From NCBI GenBank assembly GCA_963920595.1, contig OY986949.1, positions 1,054,001 to 1,118,000 on the forward strand: a stretch of 64,000 bases of DNA, in the 5' to 3' direction. The notes beneath the pieces were generated by a model. It saw only the letters and a program-made list of their open reading frames with translations. It had not been told where the DNA came from and made no database searches. Below are positions 51,928 through 64,000 of the stretch, in pieces. The number at the start of each line of letters is the position of its first letter. Positions within the stretch are counted from its first letter, which is position 1. The position numbers were made by a program, and so were the translations under genes. The stretch is from Eimeria praecox (lineage: Eukaryota).

Positions 51928-53706
51928 GTCTTGCATGCAGTGGGCCAGCTTCAGAAAGTGCAGCAGCGGCGGCTGCTGCAGGTGTTTGAAGATGCATACG
52001 GCGAGGCAGTTATAACGAGGGAGATAGATAGTCTTACGACAAGCATAACACAAGTAAGTTGTTTTATTATTTATTATATTATATTATATTATATTATATT
52101 ATATTATATTATATTATATTTTATTTTATTTTATTTTGTTTTATTTTATTTTTATTGTTTTATTTTTGATATTTGCTGTTAAATGATATTTGTTGTTTGT
52201 TGGTTTTATTTGTTGTCTTTGTTTTGTTTTTTTTTTGTTGTTTATGGTTTGTTATATTTATTGTTTATGGTTTATTATATTTGTTTATTTATTATTATTA
52301 TTTGTTTATTATTTATTATTATTATTTGTTTATTATTTATTATTATTATTTGTTTATTATTTATTATTATTATTTGTTTATTATTTATTATTATTATTTG
52401 TTTTTTATTTGTTGTTTTTGTTTGTTTTTCTTATTTGTATTTCTTTGGGGATATTTGCTGCAGCATTTACGTGTCTTTGTGCTTCTGAGATGCTGCTGCT
52501 CTTGCTGCTGCTGCTGCTGCTCTTGCTGCTGCTGCTGCTGCTCTTGCTGCTGCTGCTGTTGATGCTGCTGCTGCTCTTGATGCTGCTCTTGCTGCTGCTG
52601 CTGCTGCTCTTACTGCTGCTTCTGCTGCTCTTACTGCTGCTCTTACTGCCGCTTCTGCTGCTCTTACTGCTGCTTCTGCTGCTCTTACTGCTGCTTCTGC
52701 TGCTCTTACTGCTGCTGCTGCTGTTACTGCTGCTGCTGCTGCTGCTCTTACTGCTGCTGCTGCTGTTACTGCTGCTGCTGCTGCTGCTTGCAGACAAAGA
52801 GCAGCAGCAGACACACCAAATCGAACGCATGCATGCATACACTGTACGTGTATGTTTTTTGTTTATTTTTTTTCTATTTTTTTTATTTTTTATATTTTTA
52901 TATATATGTTTTTGTTTTAATGTTTTATTAGATGTTTCATCGTAGCGATATAAAACTACAGAAGCTACACCCCCGAGAAGGTCTACCGGCTTCTGCTGCT
53001 GATGCCCGCATGCAGCAAAACGCGCAGAAGGCTGTTGCTGCACAGCTTCAGAGTTTAAATCAAGCATTTAGACAACAACAGAAAGCGTATTTAGAAGGTG
53101 AGATAAATAAATATAAATAAATATAAATAAATATAAATAAATAATAATAATATTAGAGTAAATAAGTAAATGTAAAGACATAAATAGAAGGTGAGATAAA
53201 TAAATATAAATAAATATAAATAAATGATAATATTTAATTTAAATATTTAAATATAAAGACATAATTAGAAGATGAGATAAATAAATATAAATAAAATAAA
53301 TAATAATAATATTTATATAAATTTATATATAAAGACATAATTAGAAGGTGGGATAAATAAATATAAATAAAATAGATAATAATAATATTTATATAAATTT
53401 ATATATGAAGACATAATTAGAAGATGAGATAGATAAATATAAATAAAATAAATAATAATATTTGTAAATAACACTCAAATAGCATCTGTAGATAAACAAT
53501 TTAAATATATAGACATAATTAGAAGGTGAGGTAGATAAATATAAATAAACAAAAAATATTAATAATATTTATAAACAACACGTAGAACATATACGCAAGA
53601 TATACAAATAATAAAAAACAACTACAAGTGTAAATAACACACAAATAAAATATATCGTTAACATATATTAATAACATCAACAGACACTCTTTATATAACT
53701 CAGAGA

Positions 53707-53761
<55 letters not shown>

Positions 53762-53803
53762 GAGAGAGATATACATAGATTTAGATATAGATATATAGAT
53801 ATG

Positions 53804-53855
<52 letters not shown>

Positions 53856-54549
53856 ATATACAAGAAGCTCGTTTATGTATAAGACATATAAGCAACATTA
53901 TATAAACAACGCATGCAAAGAAGTAGACAAAAATAAACAAACAACAAACACAGAGACAGAAACACACATACAGCACAAACAAATATAACAAATAAACATA
54001 AACAAACAAACAACAGACAGAGGCAGACAAGAGCCCCTAATAGCGTATTATATATTTTGTTATATCTATCAGACTAACCCCTTGAAGAGGGCGGATTTAG
54101 CAAACACGCGGCAGTCTCAGACCTAGGGTTTAGGTTTTAGGGTTTAGGGTTTAGGGCTTAGGGTTGTAGGGTTTAGGGTTTAGGGTTTAGGGTGTTAGGG
54201 TTTAGGGTTTAGGGTTTTATGGTTTTAGGGTTTAGGGTTTATTGTTTTAGGGTTTAGGGTTTTAGGGTTTAGGGTTTTAGGGTTTTAGGGTTTTAGGGTT
54301 TAGGGTTAAGGGTCTTAGGGTTTAGGGTTTAGGGTTTTATAGTTTTAGGGTTTTAGGGTTTTAGGGTTTAGGGTTTAGGGCTTTAGGGTTTAGGGTTTAG
54401 GGTTTAGGGTTTAGGGTTTAGGGTTTGTGTGCAGAGATTCGCCGTCGGGTTCATGAAGATGATCTGCTTCCTGATGCTCGAGAGTCTACAGCTCCTTCTC
54501 TTACAGCTCAACGCGTGCGAAGGCTATTTGTTTTGTTTGTTTATATTTG

Positions 54550-54584
<35 letters not shown>

Positions 54585-55111
54585 TTTGTTTGTTTGTTGT
54601 TTGTTTGTTGTTTGTTTGTTTGTTTTTATTGCTTGTTTATATGTTTCTTCTTTGTTCTGTCTTAGCTTCTTTCTGCTGTCTGTCTCCTTTTCTCTCTTCT
54701 TTCTGTATGTTTGTCTCCTTCCTTTTATTCTATATCCTTAGATAACAGTATTACTCTCTGTCTCCTTCTGTCTGCTCTTCTTGTACAATCTCTGTCTCTT
54801 TTTTATTTATATTAAGCTCATCTACACTGTGTCTATCTGTCTCCTCCTTTAGGTGTGTGCGTGTGTGTCTGCTATGCTGCTTTAGGGTTTAGGGTTTAGG
54901 GTTTAGGGTTTAGGGTTTAGGGTTTAGGGTTTAGGGTTTAGGAGGCCTGCATTTGCCTCTTCCATATCATTTTTCTGTCTCTTCTTTTCGTGTCTGTCTC
55001 CTTTTGCTCCTTCCGTCTTCTTCTCTTTTCTGTCTCTGTCTCTGTCTCTGTTTGTTTGTATGTGTTGACGTGTTTCTCTGGTGTATGTGTTGCTGCATGT
55101 CTGCTGCTGCT

Positions 55112-55172
<61 letters not shown>

Positions 55173-55720
55173 TCTCTGTCTCCTTTGCAGCAACTGTCTC
55201 TCCTGTCTCCTTTGTGTCTGCTTGCTGCAGGGCTTCAGTGGTGATTTGATGGCGGAGTTGGAGGTTATTGAGTGTGATACGGAGACACGAAGAGAGGTGT
55301 AGAGACACCTGAGATGTCTCTATGTATCCTCTGTCTTGTGTAATGTTTGTTTCCTTCTTATTTGTTGTTAATAATTTATCTTTCTATCTTGTGTCTATCG
55401 CTGTATGCTCCTCTGTTTTCGTGTCTGTCTCCTTTGGTGTCTCCTGTGTTCTGTTTGTTTTATTTTGCTTCTTTAGATATTTTCGTCTGTCTCCTTTCTA
55501 TCTTTGTTTCTGTCTCTTGTCTGTCTCCTTTCTTTATTGAGCATGTATATTACTATCCTGGTGTCTGTCTCCTCTCTGTCTTCTCTCTGTCTCTTTTAGT
55601 CTGTCTTTCTTCTGTCTCTATTCTGTCTCTTACCTTATTTATCTCCTGTCTCCTCTCTGTCTCTTTTCTGTCTCCAATCTGTTTGTTTTCTGCCTTTGTC
55701 TGTGTATTAAGGAGAGTAAG

Positions 55721-55757
<37 letters not shown>

Positions 55758-55911
55758 AGCAGCAACAGCAGCAGACATGCAGCCACACTCCTTATTCTTT
55801 TCTACTTCTGTCTCTGTTTGTTTTATGCTTTACAGGAGATAGCAAACGTTGCACAATCTATGGCAGATCTGCATCAGCTATTTAAAGACACCGCAACATT
55901 GGTCTTAGAGC

Positions 55912-55978
<67 letters not shown>

Positions 55979-56803
55979 TATATATAAGCTGAATATATGT
56001 GTCTTTGTATTTACTGTTTTAATTACAAGTATTGGCTATCTCTCTAGGCACATCCCCGCAGGGAACAGCTGCAGCAGCAGGTGTTGTCTGCTGCTGCAGC
56101 TGTTGTCTGCTGCTGCAGCTGTTGTCTGCTGCTGCATATATTTTGGTTGATGCTTCTGTCTCTGTTGTAGCTGTCTCTGTCTCTGTCTCTGTCTGTTAGT
56201 GTTTGTGTTGTAAGCACATATTCTCCCCTCTTCAGCGCTTCAGCGTGTCTCCCTCCCTGTCTCCCTAAACTCAGGTGTACCCTCTAACTGCGGTCTCTCT
56301 TCCTGTCTCTCCTTGTCTCCTTCTGTCTCTCTTTGTCTCCTTCTGTCTCTCTTTGTCTCTGTTTGTCTCTGTTTGTTTTATTTTTTTATTTTCTGTCTCC
56401 TCCTCTAACCTATGTGTCTCCTTCTGTCTCTCTCTCTGTCTCTGTTTGTCTCTTATGATATTTAGGGGACATTGTTAGACAGGATTGATTATAACTTGGA
56501 GCAGGTAGCGTATCAATCTTCTGAAGCCACAAATCAAATTAGAAAAGCAGAAAAAAATAGAAGAAGCGGAATTGCAGCTAAATGCATTTGCACTCTCTCC
56601 GTAACTATCGTCGTCCTTGTATGTCTACTCATCAAAAACACAATTAACCCTATTTATTATAATACATATTTATTAGTGTATATATATATATATATATATC
56701 CTAGTATGTCTACTCATGAAAGACACAATTAACCCTATTTATTGTAATACATATTTATTAGTGGATATATATATATATATGCATATGTTATACATTAAAT
56801 ATA

Positions 56804-56843
<40 letters not shown>

Positions 56844-56931
56844 TGTATAGCGAAGTAGCTAAATATTAAATATGTTACTCTAAATGACCGGGAATTAAAT
56901 GTATATATAACACCAATGATTAGAAACTTAA

Positions 56932-57026
<95 letters not shown>

Positions 57027-57097
57027 TAAGGCGTGCATGTATGTGTGTTACTGTGTGTTGTGTTCAGCTAATTTTATTGATTATTAAACATACGTAA
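50881..57097 (+). CDS. STX16: Syntaxin-16 / Tlg2-like Qa-SNARE, about 10 exons
   Basis: N-peptide [30 protein letters not shown]...[45 protein letters not shown] motif [41 protein letters not shown]-terminal transmembrane segment [21 protein letters not shown]. Junctions are GT-AG; most were phase-checked. Confidence 0.92.
53091..53550 (+). repeat. AT-rich minisatellite (about 75-100 bp units) that repeats the exon/donor junction TTAGAAG|GTGAG
   Basis: Six copies of agaag(g/a)tg(a/g)g...aaatataaataaa at about 53093, 53186, 53267, 53343, 53419 and 53521. Confidence 0.85.
54123..54426. repeat. Intronic (TTTAGGG)n array ending just before an acceptor
   Basis: About 300 bp, followed by gtgtgcag and the exon. 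Confidence 0.95.
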
Positions 57098-59194
57098 TAA
57101 GAGTTAATTGAAGACCACCTAAACCTGTTTTTGTTTCTTTTTATGAGGAGACGTATCCTTGAATAGCTGCAAATGCTGCAGTCTGTTTAATAAAAACTCT
57201 ACTATTTGTCTATTACAAGACAAAGTTTAGGGGGAGGGGGGGGGGGGGGGGGGGGGGAAGGGGGGGGGTTAGAGAGACGAAAGATATGTTTTTTTTCTGA
57301 TTTCTTTAATAAGTTTGTTGTTTTTGATTACATCTTTAGCTGCTGTCTGCTGCAGCTGTAGAGAGAGACAGAGTTATCTCCGTTAACGGGGGATAAGAAC
57401 ATGTTGGCTTGTTGCTGTTTGCGTTATGTGCGGCTCTTAATGCAATTATTCTCGTCATATACATTCTCTTACAACTCTAAATCTGCATTTATAGTGGAGT
57501 AACACTCGCTGCGGTGTATAGGCAGCTCCTTCTTCCTGTACTCTTTCAGTTGATCGAGCGGACACAATGGGTGTGCTCTATCAGCGAGAAGGGGGGGAAA
57601 CACCTTGAATTCATGTTCATTTAGTTTCTAAATTAATAATATACTCGCAGTAAAATATTTAATCTTAAAAAAAACAACAACAAATAACTTATTATGTTTG
57701 TCTTCTGCAAATACACAGAATCGGGCCGGGGCGGCGTACTAAGCAGGAGTTGTTGCTGTCAGTGAGTGCGTTTGTATCACAAAATTATTATCTGTGGTGT
57801 TTAATCGAATAAAATAACATAAAATAAACAAAAAAATATAAAATTAGTAAGCAAATAAACAATATGATGACAGACAGACAATCATGAAAGACCAGGGCAG
57901 CGGAACAGAGGCAGCACGAAATAAAACAGAGTAGAAATAGCACGTGTACGTTTGTATTTTATTATATTTTATTTAATTAAAGTTTATTTACAGCAAAATT
58001 AGATAACAAAATATAATTATTTCTTTATTTCGCTCTACTCAAGCCAAGGAACCTCGAACGAGGTCACCGCCTGGGCTGGTCTGTGTCAAGAGCAGCTGGC
58101 GTTAGCAGCTCTTGTGCTTCTCCGGTTATAATTTTTATGATTTTACTGAATTAATAGCACATTTTTATACATTTTAAACCAAATTTACAGTAAATTGAGA
58201 AGAAGAAAAGACAGAAAACGCTTGGGACTGTGCCCCCTTCCCAGCTGCGCGGTCACCGCACCGCCGGCACCTCCTCCTATGCTCCGCGCGAAAGCAGTGA
58301 AAGCCCTCTGTGCACTTTGATTTTCTCTTTAAATATTCTGAATAATTATTTGCACTTTATATTTTTCTTCAAATAATTTGCTTGAAGCCTATATATATAA
58401 CTTTATTCTCTCTATACTTAACTACTGCCCGCCCTCTGTAGCAGCCCGCTCTGGGCTCGAGCCTCACAGCTTGTCGATACTGTCTGCAGCTGCAGCTTCT
58501 TCTCTTTTCTTGTTTTCTTCTCTTTTTCTTTTTCTTAATACTATTTCTTATTTATTTAACTTCTTTGGCCTTTATTCGGGCCCTCTAGCACCTTAACTTA
58601 ACCCCAATCAGCACTGGTCTAGGGCGTATACCCCCTCCACCTAACATAGCTTCGAGTCTTCTCCATATTCTGACACAGCAGCAACTATCAACGCAGCAGC
58701 ACGGGGGAATTGCTGCTGTTCTTCTTCTCCTTACTATCTTGAATTCTTGTGAAGTCCTTCTCTCTTGTCTCCCCCTTTCTTTGTTTTGTTTAATCCCCAG
58801 CCTCTTTTAAAGCCTCCCTTTGCTTCTTGCTACTACTGCAGCTTCTTCTGCTCCCCTGGGGGCTTCCTTAGTCGCATTACTTAGTGTCTGCACTTGCCTC
58901 TACCCCCCCCCCTCTCCCTCCCCCATCTTTTCTGTCTTACTCCCTTCTCCCCTCCCTGATTGTGTCTGTACGCTAGCGTCTTTGCTTCTTAATCGAGTGA
59001 TTTTCGGGGCATTTAATTCGATTTGGGTGGCTTTGGCTTGACAGGAAAAGGAGAAAACAACGGCCAACTCGACAGACCCCCCTCCCCCCCCACTCTCTCT
59101 CTCTCTCTCTGTCTCTCCCCCATCCCCCCCCCCCCCCCTCTGTCTCATTTGTCTAGGTGCTGCCTAGCATCGCTCTCCCCCCCCAGTAAGTAGT

Positions 59195-59799
59195 ATGGCC
59201 CGCCGCGGCAGGAAGGCCTCCAACAAAGCCTCCAACAACGGGGGTCTTGTCGAGCAGCCGCATTCCCCTAAAGAAGAGCAATCACCACGTGTTTCTGAGG
59301 AACAAAGAAAACAAGAGAAGCCGCAGCCTCAAACTCAGGACATCCCAACATCAAATGATGAAAAGCCAAATGCGGGGGGCGTGGTGGGCCTTCCTCCCCC
59401 GACTGTATGCATGACTTCGTATCATCTTCTTCTTCTTTCTTTTGTTATATACAGTTGTAGTGCCTCTTCATTGTTGTGGTTGTTTGTTGTTAATCCTTCT
59501 ATTGCTGTTGTTGTTGCTGCTATTGCTGTTGTTGTGGCTGCTGCTTCTGCTATTACTGCTGCTGCTGATGTTGTTGTAGCTTGTAGCTACTAGCTGTCAT
59601 ACGTCTCAAGAGTGTTAATAACAGAGTGCAGCAGACCGATAAAGCCTTGTGCTCCTGCAGGCAAAGCCACAGGAGGATAACTATCCCCAGTATCTGAGAG
59701 AGCGGGCTATCAGCGCCCTCCTAGAGCTAGAAGAGCGGGCCTATAGAAACTTCCAGGAAGCAGCTGCTCTGGCCACCGCTGCAGGTCTTTCTTCACTCG

Positions 59800-59839
<40 letters not shown>

Positions 59840-60161
59840 GTAGCAGAAGCAGAAGCAGCAGCAGAAGAAGAAGAAACAAGTCCAGCAGCAGCAAATGCCA
59901 CAGTCGCAGCACCAGCAGATTCAACTGTTGCAGCAGCAGCAGCACACAGCCAGCAGCAGCACACATTCGCTTTGTAGCCTCGTTTCTCTAGCCTGTAGAT
60001 ACAACTCCTTCAGGTGTATCCTCCCTTCAATTTATCTTCTTCTGCTTCCTTTTTGTCTTTACCCTTCTCCTCCTTTCAGCAAATGCAACAGACATCCTTC
60101 TTGATATGACTGCCCCAAGAGGCCCCCCACCCCCTGTCAGCACCCCAGCTCCTCCAGTAAG

Positions 60162-60221
<60 letters not shown>

Positions 60222-60458
60222 TGAGTCCGCCTGTGTGTTTAGTGGCATGTCAGGCAGCTGTAAGGTGTATTTATTAGTAGGGTAGACTTAAGGGTATATA
60301 TGTTGGATATAAGAAAGCTGAGGTGTATGTACACAACATTGCAGGTGGTTGAGGAGATATCGAGCTCTGTCAGCAGCTCTCAGGACTTTGAGAGTTTTTT
60401 GCAGGAATTGCTGCGTCTGCTGTCTATTGACCTTTTGATTGACCCCAGAATTTCCTCT

Positions 60459-60493
<35 letters not shown>

Positions 60494-62395
60494 GCTGCAG
60501 CCGCTGCAGCCTCAGGCCCTGCAGAGGCTCGACCTGTTGCAGCGTTTGGCCTCTACCGAACCGAAAGACATTAAGGAGGCCCTTCTGAGAAGAGACAGAG
60601 ACAGCAGCGGCGCCCTACATCTCAGTCTCCTCGAGCGGCTCAGCAGCGGGGAGGACAGTGAGACGCTGCATCTGTCTCTTCTTGAGAAGCTGTCCTACAG
60701 CGAGGAGACATTGCAGCCAAGCTGTCCAGGAGACAAGGCAGCAGGGAGAAAGACAGGGGGGGAGATAGCTGCTGCTGTAAGAGGAGGGAAAGAGGCCCCT
60801 CGGCCCCCACGTTCTATCCGACAGCAGCTATCTGACCAAGAGAAAAACAGCGAAAACCTACATTTGAGTCTTCTTGAGAGAATTGGGTCTTTAACAGATC
60901 TGCCAGAGGGTACAGGAGACAGCCAGTCTCTTCACCTGTCTCTTCTTTTCGGCAGAGGCAGCCTCCAGGAGACAGTAGGATCACGAAATGCTGGAGAAAG
61001 CAAAGTTGTAGCTCAACCTAAAGCCAAACCACCAGCAGGTAATACTGCAGCACAAGGCTTCAAGGGGCCAGAGCCTCTTAGACCCAGCAGCAACAGGGCT
61101 CCGCCTGCTGCTGCTGCTCCTGCTGCTGTTCCTGCTGCTGCTCCTGCTGCTCCTGCAGCCCCTGCAGCAGACACAACGCAGAGAAGCGGAGCAGCTGCGA
61201 GACAGCAGTTTAGTAGAAGGGCCCCAGGGGGCCCCGGCAGCAGCAGCAGCTGCAGCGGCAGCGGCGACTCATCAGACTGGTTGACTGAGAGCAGCAGCGG
61301 ATCGAGAGACTCAGACATTCAGCTCTTCCCTCGCCCCAAGGCAGCACCGAGACCTTCCAGAGGTAGAAAGACCCCTGCAGGGCCAAGTAAGTTAGTCCGT
61401 GCTGCTCCAGTAAAGCAACAGCAGCCGCAGCAGCCGCAGCAACCGCAACATCAGCAGCAGCAGCAACAACAACAGCAACAGCTGCAACTCCAACAGCCGC
61501 AGCAACAGCTGCAATTGCAACAACCGCAACAGCAGCGGCAGATACAACAGCCCCAACAACAGCTACAGCTGCAGCTACAGCCGCAGGGTGGAGGTGTATG
61601 CAGCGTGAAGGCAGTTCTACGCAGCGCCTCCCCCTTACCAGGAAGCAGAGTGCCAGGGGGAGCGATCCTGGAGGGGGGTCTACCTTCTAGCAACACTGCA
61701 GCGGTAGCAGCAAGGGGAATCCATCTGCAGCCTACGGGGGCCACAGCAGCAGCAACACCAGCAGCAGCAGCAGCACCACAATCACTACCACCACCAGCAG
61801 CAGCTGCTGCTGGTGCTGGTGCTGCTGCACGAGCCCAGCGGCCCGCCTCCGCAACACCACCAAGCCCCATTACTCCTGAGGCTTTCTGGGATTTGTTTTA
61901 TAGTCGTACAACACGAAAGATGCTTGAAGATGGAACAGATGAAGCTCCACAGACACCTCGTGCTGTACCCCCCAGGCCTATAACACCTTTACCTGCGATG
62001 CCTAAGAGACCCGAAGAAGTACAACCTAAAAAATCTGCCTGGGCTTTGCTAGATTCTCAGAGCTCCCTAGACACCCCATGCCCCACAAATTGCAGGGGGT
62101 GTCTCAACTATGGAGACGAAAGGCCTTACGACGCAGACAGTTCCGGCATCTCCTCTCAAGAAAGCATTCAAGTAGGGCCTTCCCCTTGTCTCTTTGTAAG
62201 GGGGGCACCGTTGGCCCAGCAACAAATGCAGCAACTGCGACAACAGCAACAGCAACAGCAACAGCAGCAGCAGCAAACTAGGGTCCGCGTTGCCGGGCCT
62301 GCAGAAGCCAACGGAAGACTTCCTTTCCTTCTTGACGGCTCCGTGCCCACGGAGGAGCCAGAGTCTTCACAGGGCGTTGAAAGCAGCAGGCCTCC

Positions 62396-62428
<33 letters not shown>

Positions 62429-62543
62429 ACAACAGCAGCAGCAGACTCAGCCTCCCACTGCAACTTCAGCGGGAGAACGGACTGGTGGGGGCCGAAGAAA
62501 GCACCGTGGTGGCCGGCGTCGCTCAGGTCGCCGTGGCAACTGA
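59195..62543 (+). CDS. Hypothetical disordered protein with four LHLSLL motifs; 4 exons
   Basis: Phase-consistent model 59195-59404, 59661-59784, 60080-60156, 60345-62543. It has a basic N-terminus (MARRGRK) and C-terminus (GRRKHRGGRRRSGRRGN) and a long open last exon. Confidence 0.75.
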
Positions 62544-64000
62544 GAAGCCCTGTAAGCCCCTTAGCAGCAGATTTGTATTCTTTTCTGCTGGTGCTGCAGT
62601 TGTGTATCCTCCCTCTTATGTCAGTTGTTCTCTGTCTTTTGGGGGGTTTCTGTGTGGTCCCCTTATACTGCGTCTCTCTGTTCCACACAAAGAAGCAGCA
62701 TCAGCTGCCGCTGCTGCTGGTGCAGCACATATTTCTGTGGGCATGATATTTGCTGCTGCAGGAGTGTTGGAGAGCCGCGTTCATATTGCCTCATTACATC
62801 ACCGATAAGTGAAGGGATTGCGCTGCGTTAAGGGGGTAGAGGTGTCTGTACACAGTGGCTTCTCGCGGCATTCTTTCCGGGAGGCATGCAGCCCCCTCCG
62901 AAGTGGATTGCTAATCCACTGCAAGGTTCTTCTCCTCATCATCGCAGCAATTGCTGCTTTGGTTTTTTATAGCGCTTTTGTTTGTGTGCTCCGTGAGCAC
63001 AGCACCGTGCGCCTGCAGGCGAGTCAGGAGGCCCATAAATATGACATAGGCAATTGACAGTTGAGAGGACATTAGAGAGAAGTCCTTAGCCGGTTGTTGT
63101 TACGGCTATTAAAGGGATGTATGTATACAGCGCTGTGGAGGACTTGAATACGAACATCTTCTTTCACGGACCTCAACTGACTTTCGGTGTCTTGAGCCCT
63201 GGGAGCGAGCCCCATCGATGACTAGCTGCACCTGCAGCTGGCTTGTAAGCAGCTAGCTACGAATAGCTAGCTGAGGAAGAGGTAGGAATAATCTGGAGGC
63301 CTTCCAGCAGGCATTAAGTGCTACAGCGAGGAGAACCCCCTCATGTCTAGCTGGCATGAAGCAGTCAGAGGCTTTCCGCCGAATGGCTGTTCTTGCTGAC
63401 GAGAAGCCCCTGCATAGTTATATGCTTCAAATATTCTAATCTAAGAAAAGATAAACACCTATATGTTAGAGTGTCGCATGAAAGCAAAGTTTCTTTCTCT
63501 CTCATTTACATCCCCCAATCATCCACTTGTTCCTCCTGCGTGTGGGCAGTAATACACATGAAATACTATCATGATCTGGGTTATTTATTGCATGTACAGT
63601 GTAGTTTTTATGGGCTGCTCTTCTTAACACTGCCTGCACATGCAGATTATTGCTGTACACTGTTAAACTAAAGTTGAACGAACGAATGTAGCATCAACAA
63701 GCAACAAGATCTCATCACAACTAAGCAGTGTTTTGTAAACTAGACATGACAGAATCAATCTGCCCCACCGAAGCCTTTTAATGGCTCTGTAGTGCTTTTC
63801 GGGTATTATTAACCCATGGCGGCATCTCTTTAAGAAGCATCCAACCCTGTACACTCCCAAACTCCCCCATTGCCTCCCTCACGTGAACTGATGTAAAACC
63901 TAAAAATTATTGCTGGAAACCAACAAATGCTTCCAAGTTAAAGGAACACAAAGGCCAATGCACAAGAAAGAAAAAAGGAGCTTCTGTGCATGCAAGGACC

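Noticed and set aside
53091..53550. Repeat-spacer pattern resembling a CRISPR array
   Set aside because: It lies in a eukaryotic intron, the spacers are similar to each other and AT-rich, and there are no cas genes; it is a minisatellite.
59841..59843. In-frame TAG inside a poly-Q run, suggesting read-through or a pseudogene
   Set aside because: A phase-consistent intron (59785-60079) removes it.
455..62831. Hundreds of poly-L, poly-C, poly-S, poly-A and poly-Q ORFs in the ORF track
   Set aside because: CAG/CTG repeats have no stop codon in any frame, so these are shadow frames or intronic repeats.

Overview
This is eukaryotic, intron-rich DNA with the hallmarks of an Eimeria-like coccidian (Apicomplexa) genome: pervasive CAG/CTG repeats, interstitial TTTAGGG/AAACCCT telomere-like arrays, TGCATGCA octamers, and a repeat-poor block holding a decayed Ty3/Gypsy retrotransposon. 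Most ORFs in the supplied track are repeat artefacts. Splicing exons by hand (GT-AG, phase-consistent) gives, in order: an LSD1/KDM1-like FAD amine oxidase (minus strand, 3' end off-window); a divergent MAD1-like coiled-coil protein (minus); a meiotic HORMA-domain protein of the Hop1/HORMAD type (minus); a large orphan multi-exon gene (minus); a CCDC137-like protein (minus); an orphan ORF (minus); a Gypsy pol relic (plus); an SR/SC35-like splicing factor (plus); syntaxin-16/Tlg2 (plus); and an orphan with four LHLSLL motifs (plus). The most interesting signals are: the MAD1-like protein appears to lack its RLK (Bub1-binding) and Mad2-interaction motifs and lies directly downstream of a HORMAD with two winged-helix-like repeats; telomeric and CUG repeats sit against splice sites with a strand bias; splice donors are tandemly duplicated in syntaxin introns; and a GGTGT-N4-ACACC palindrome is dispersed across the window. 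All family calls come from recalled motifs, not database searches.
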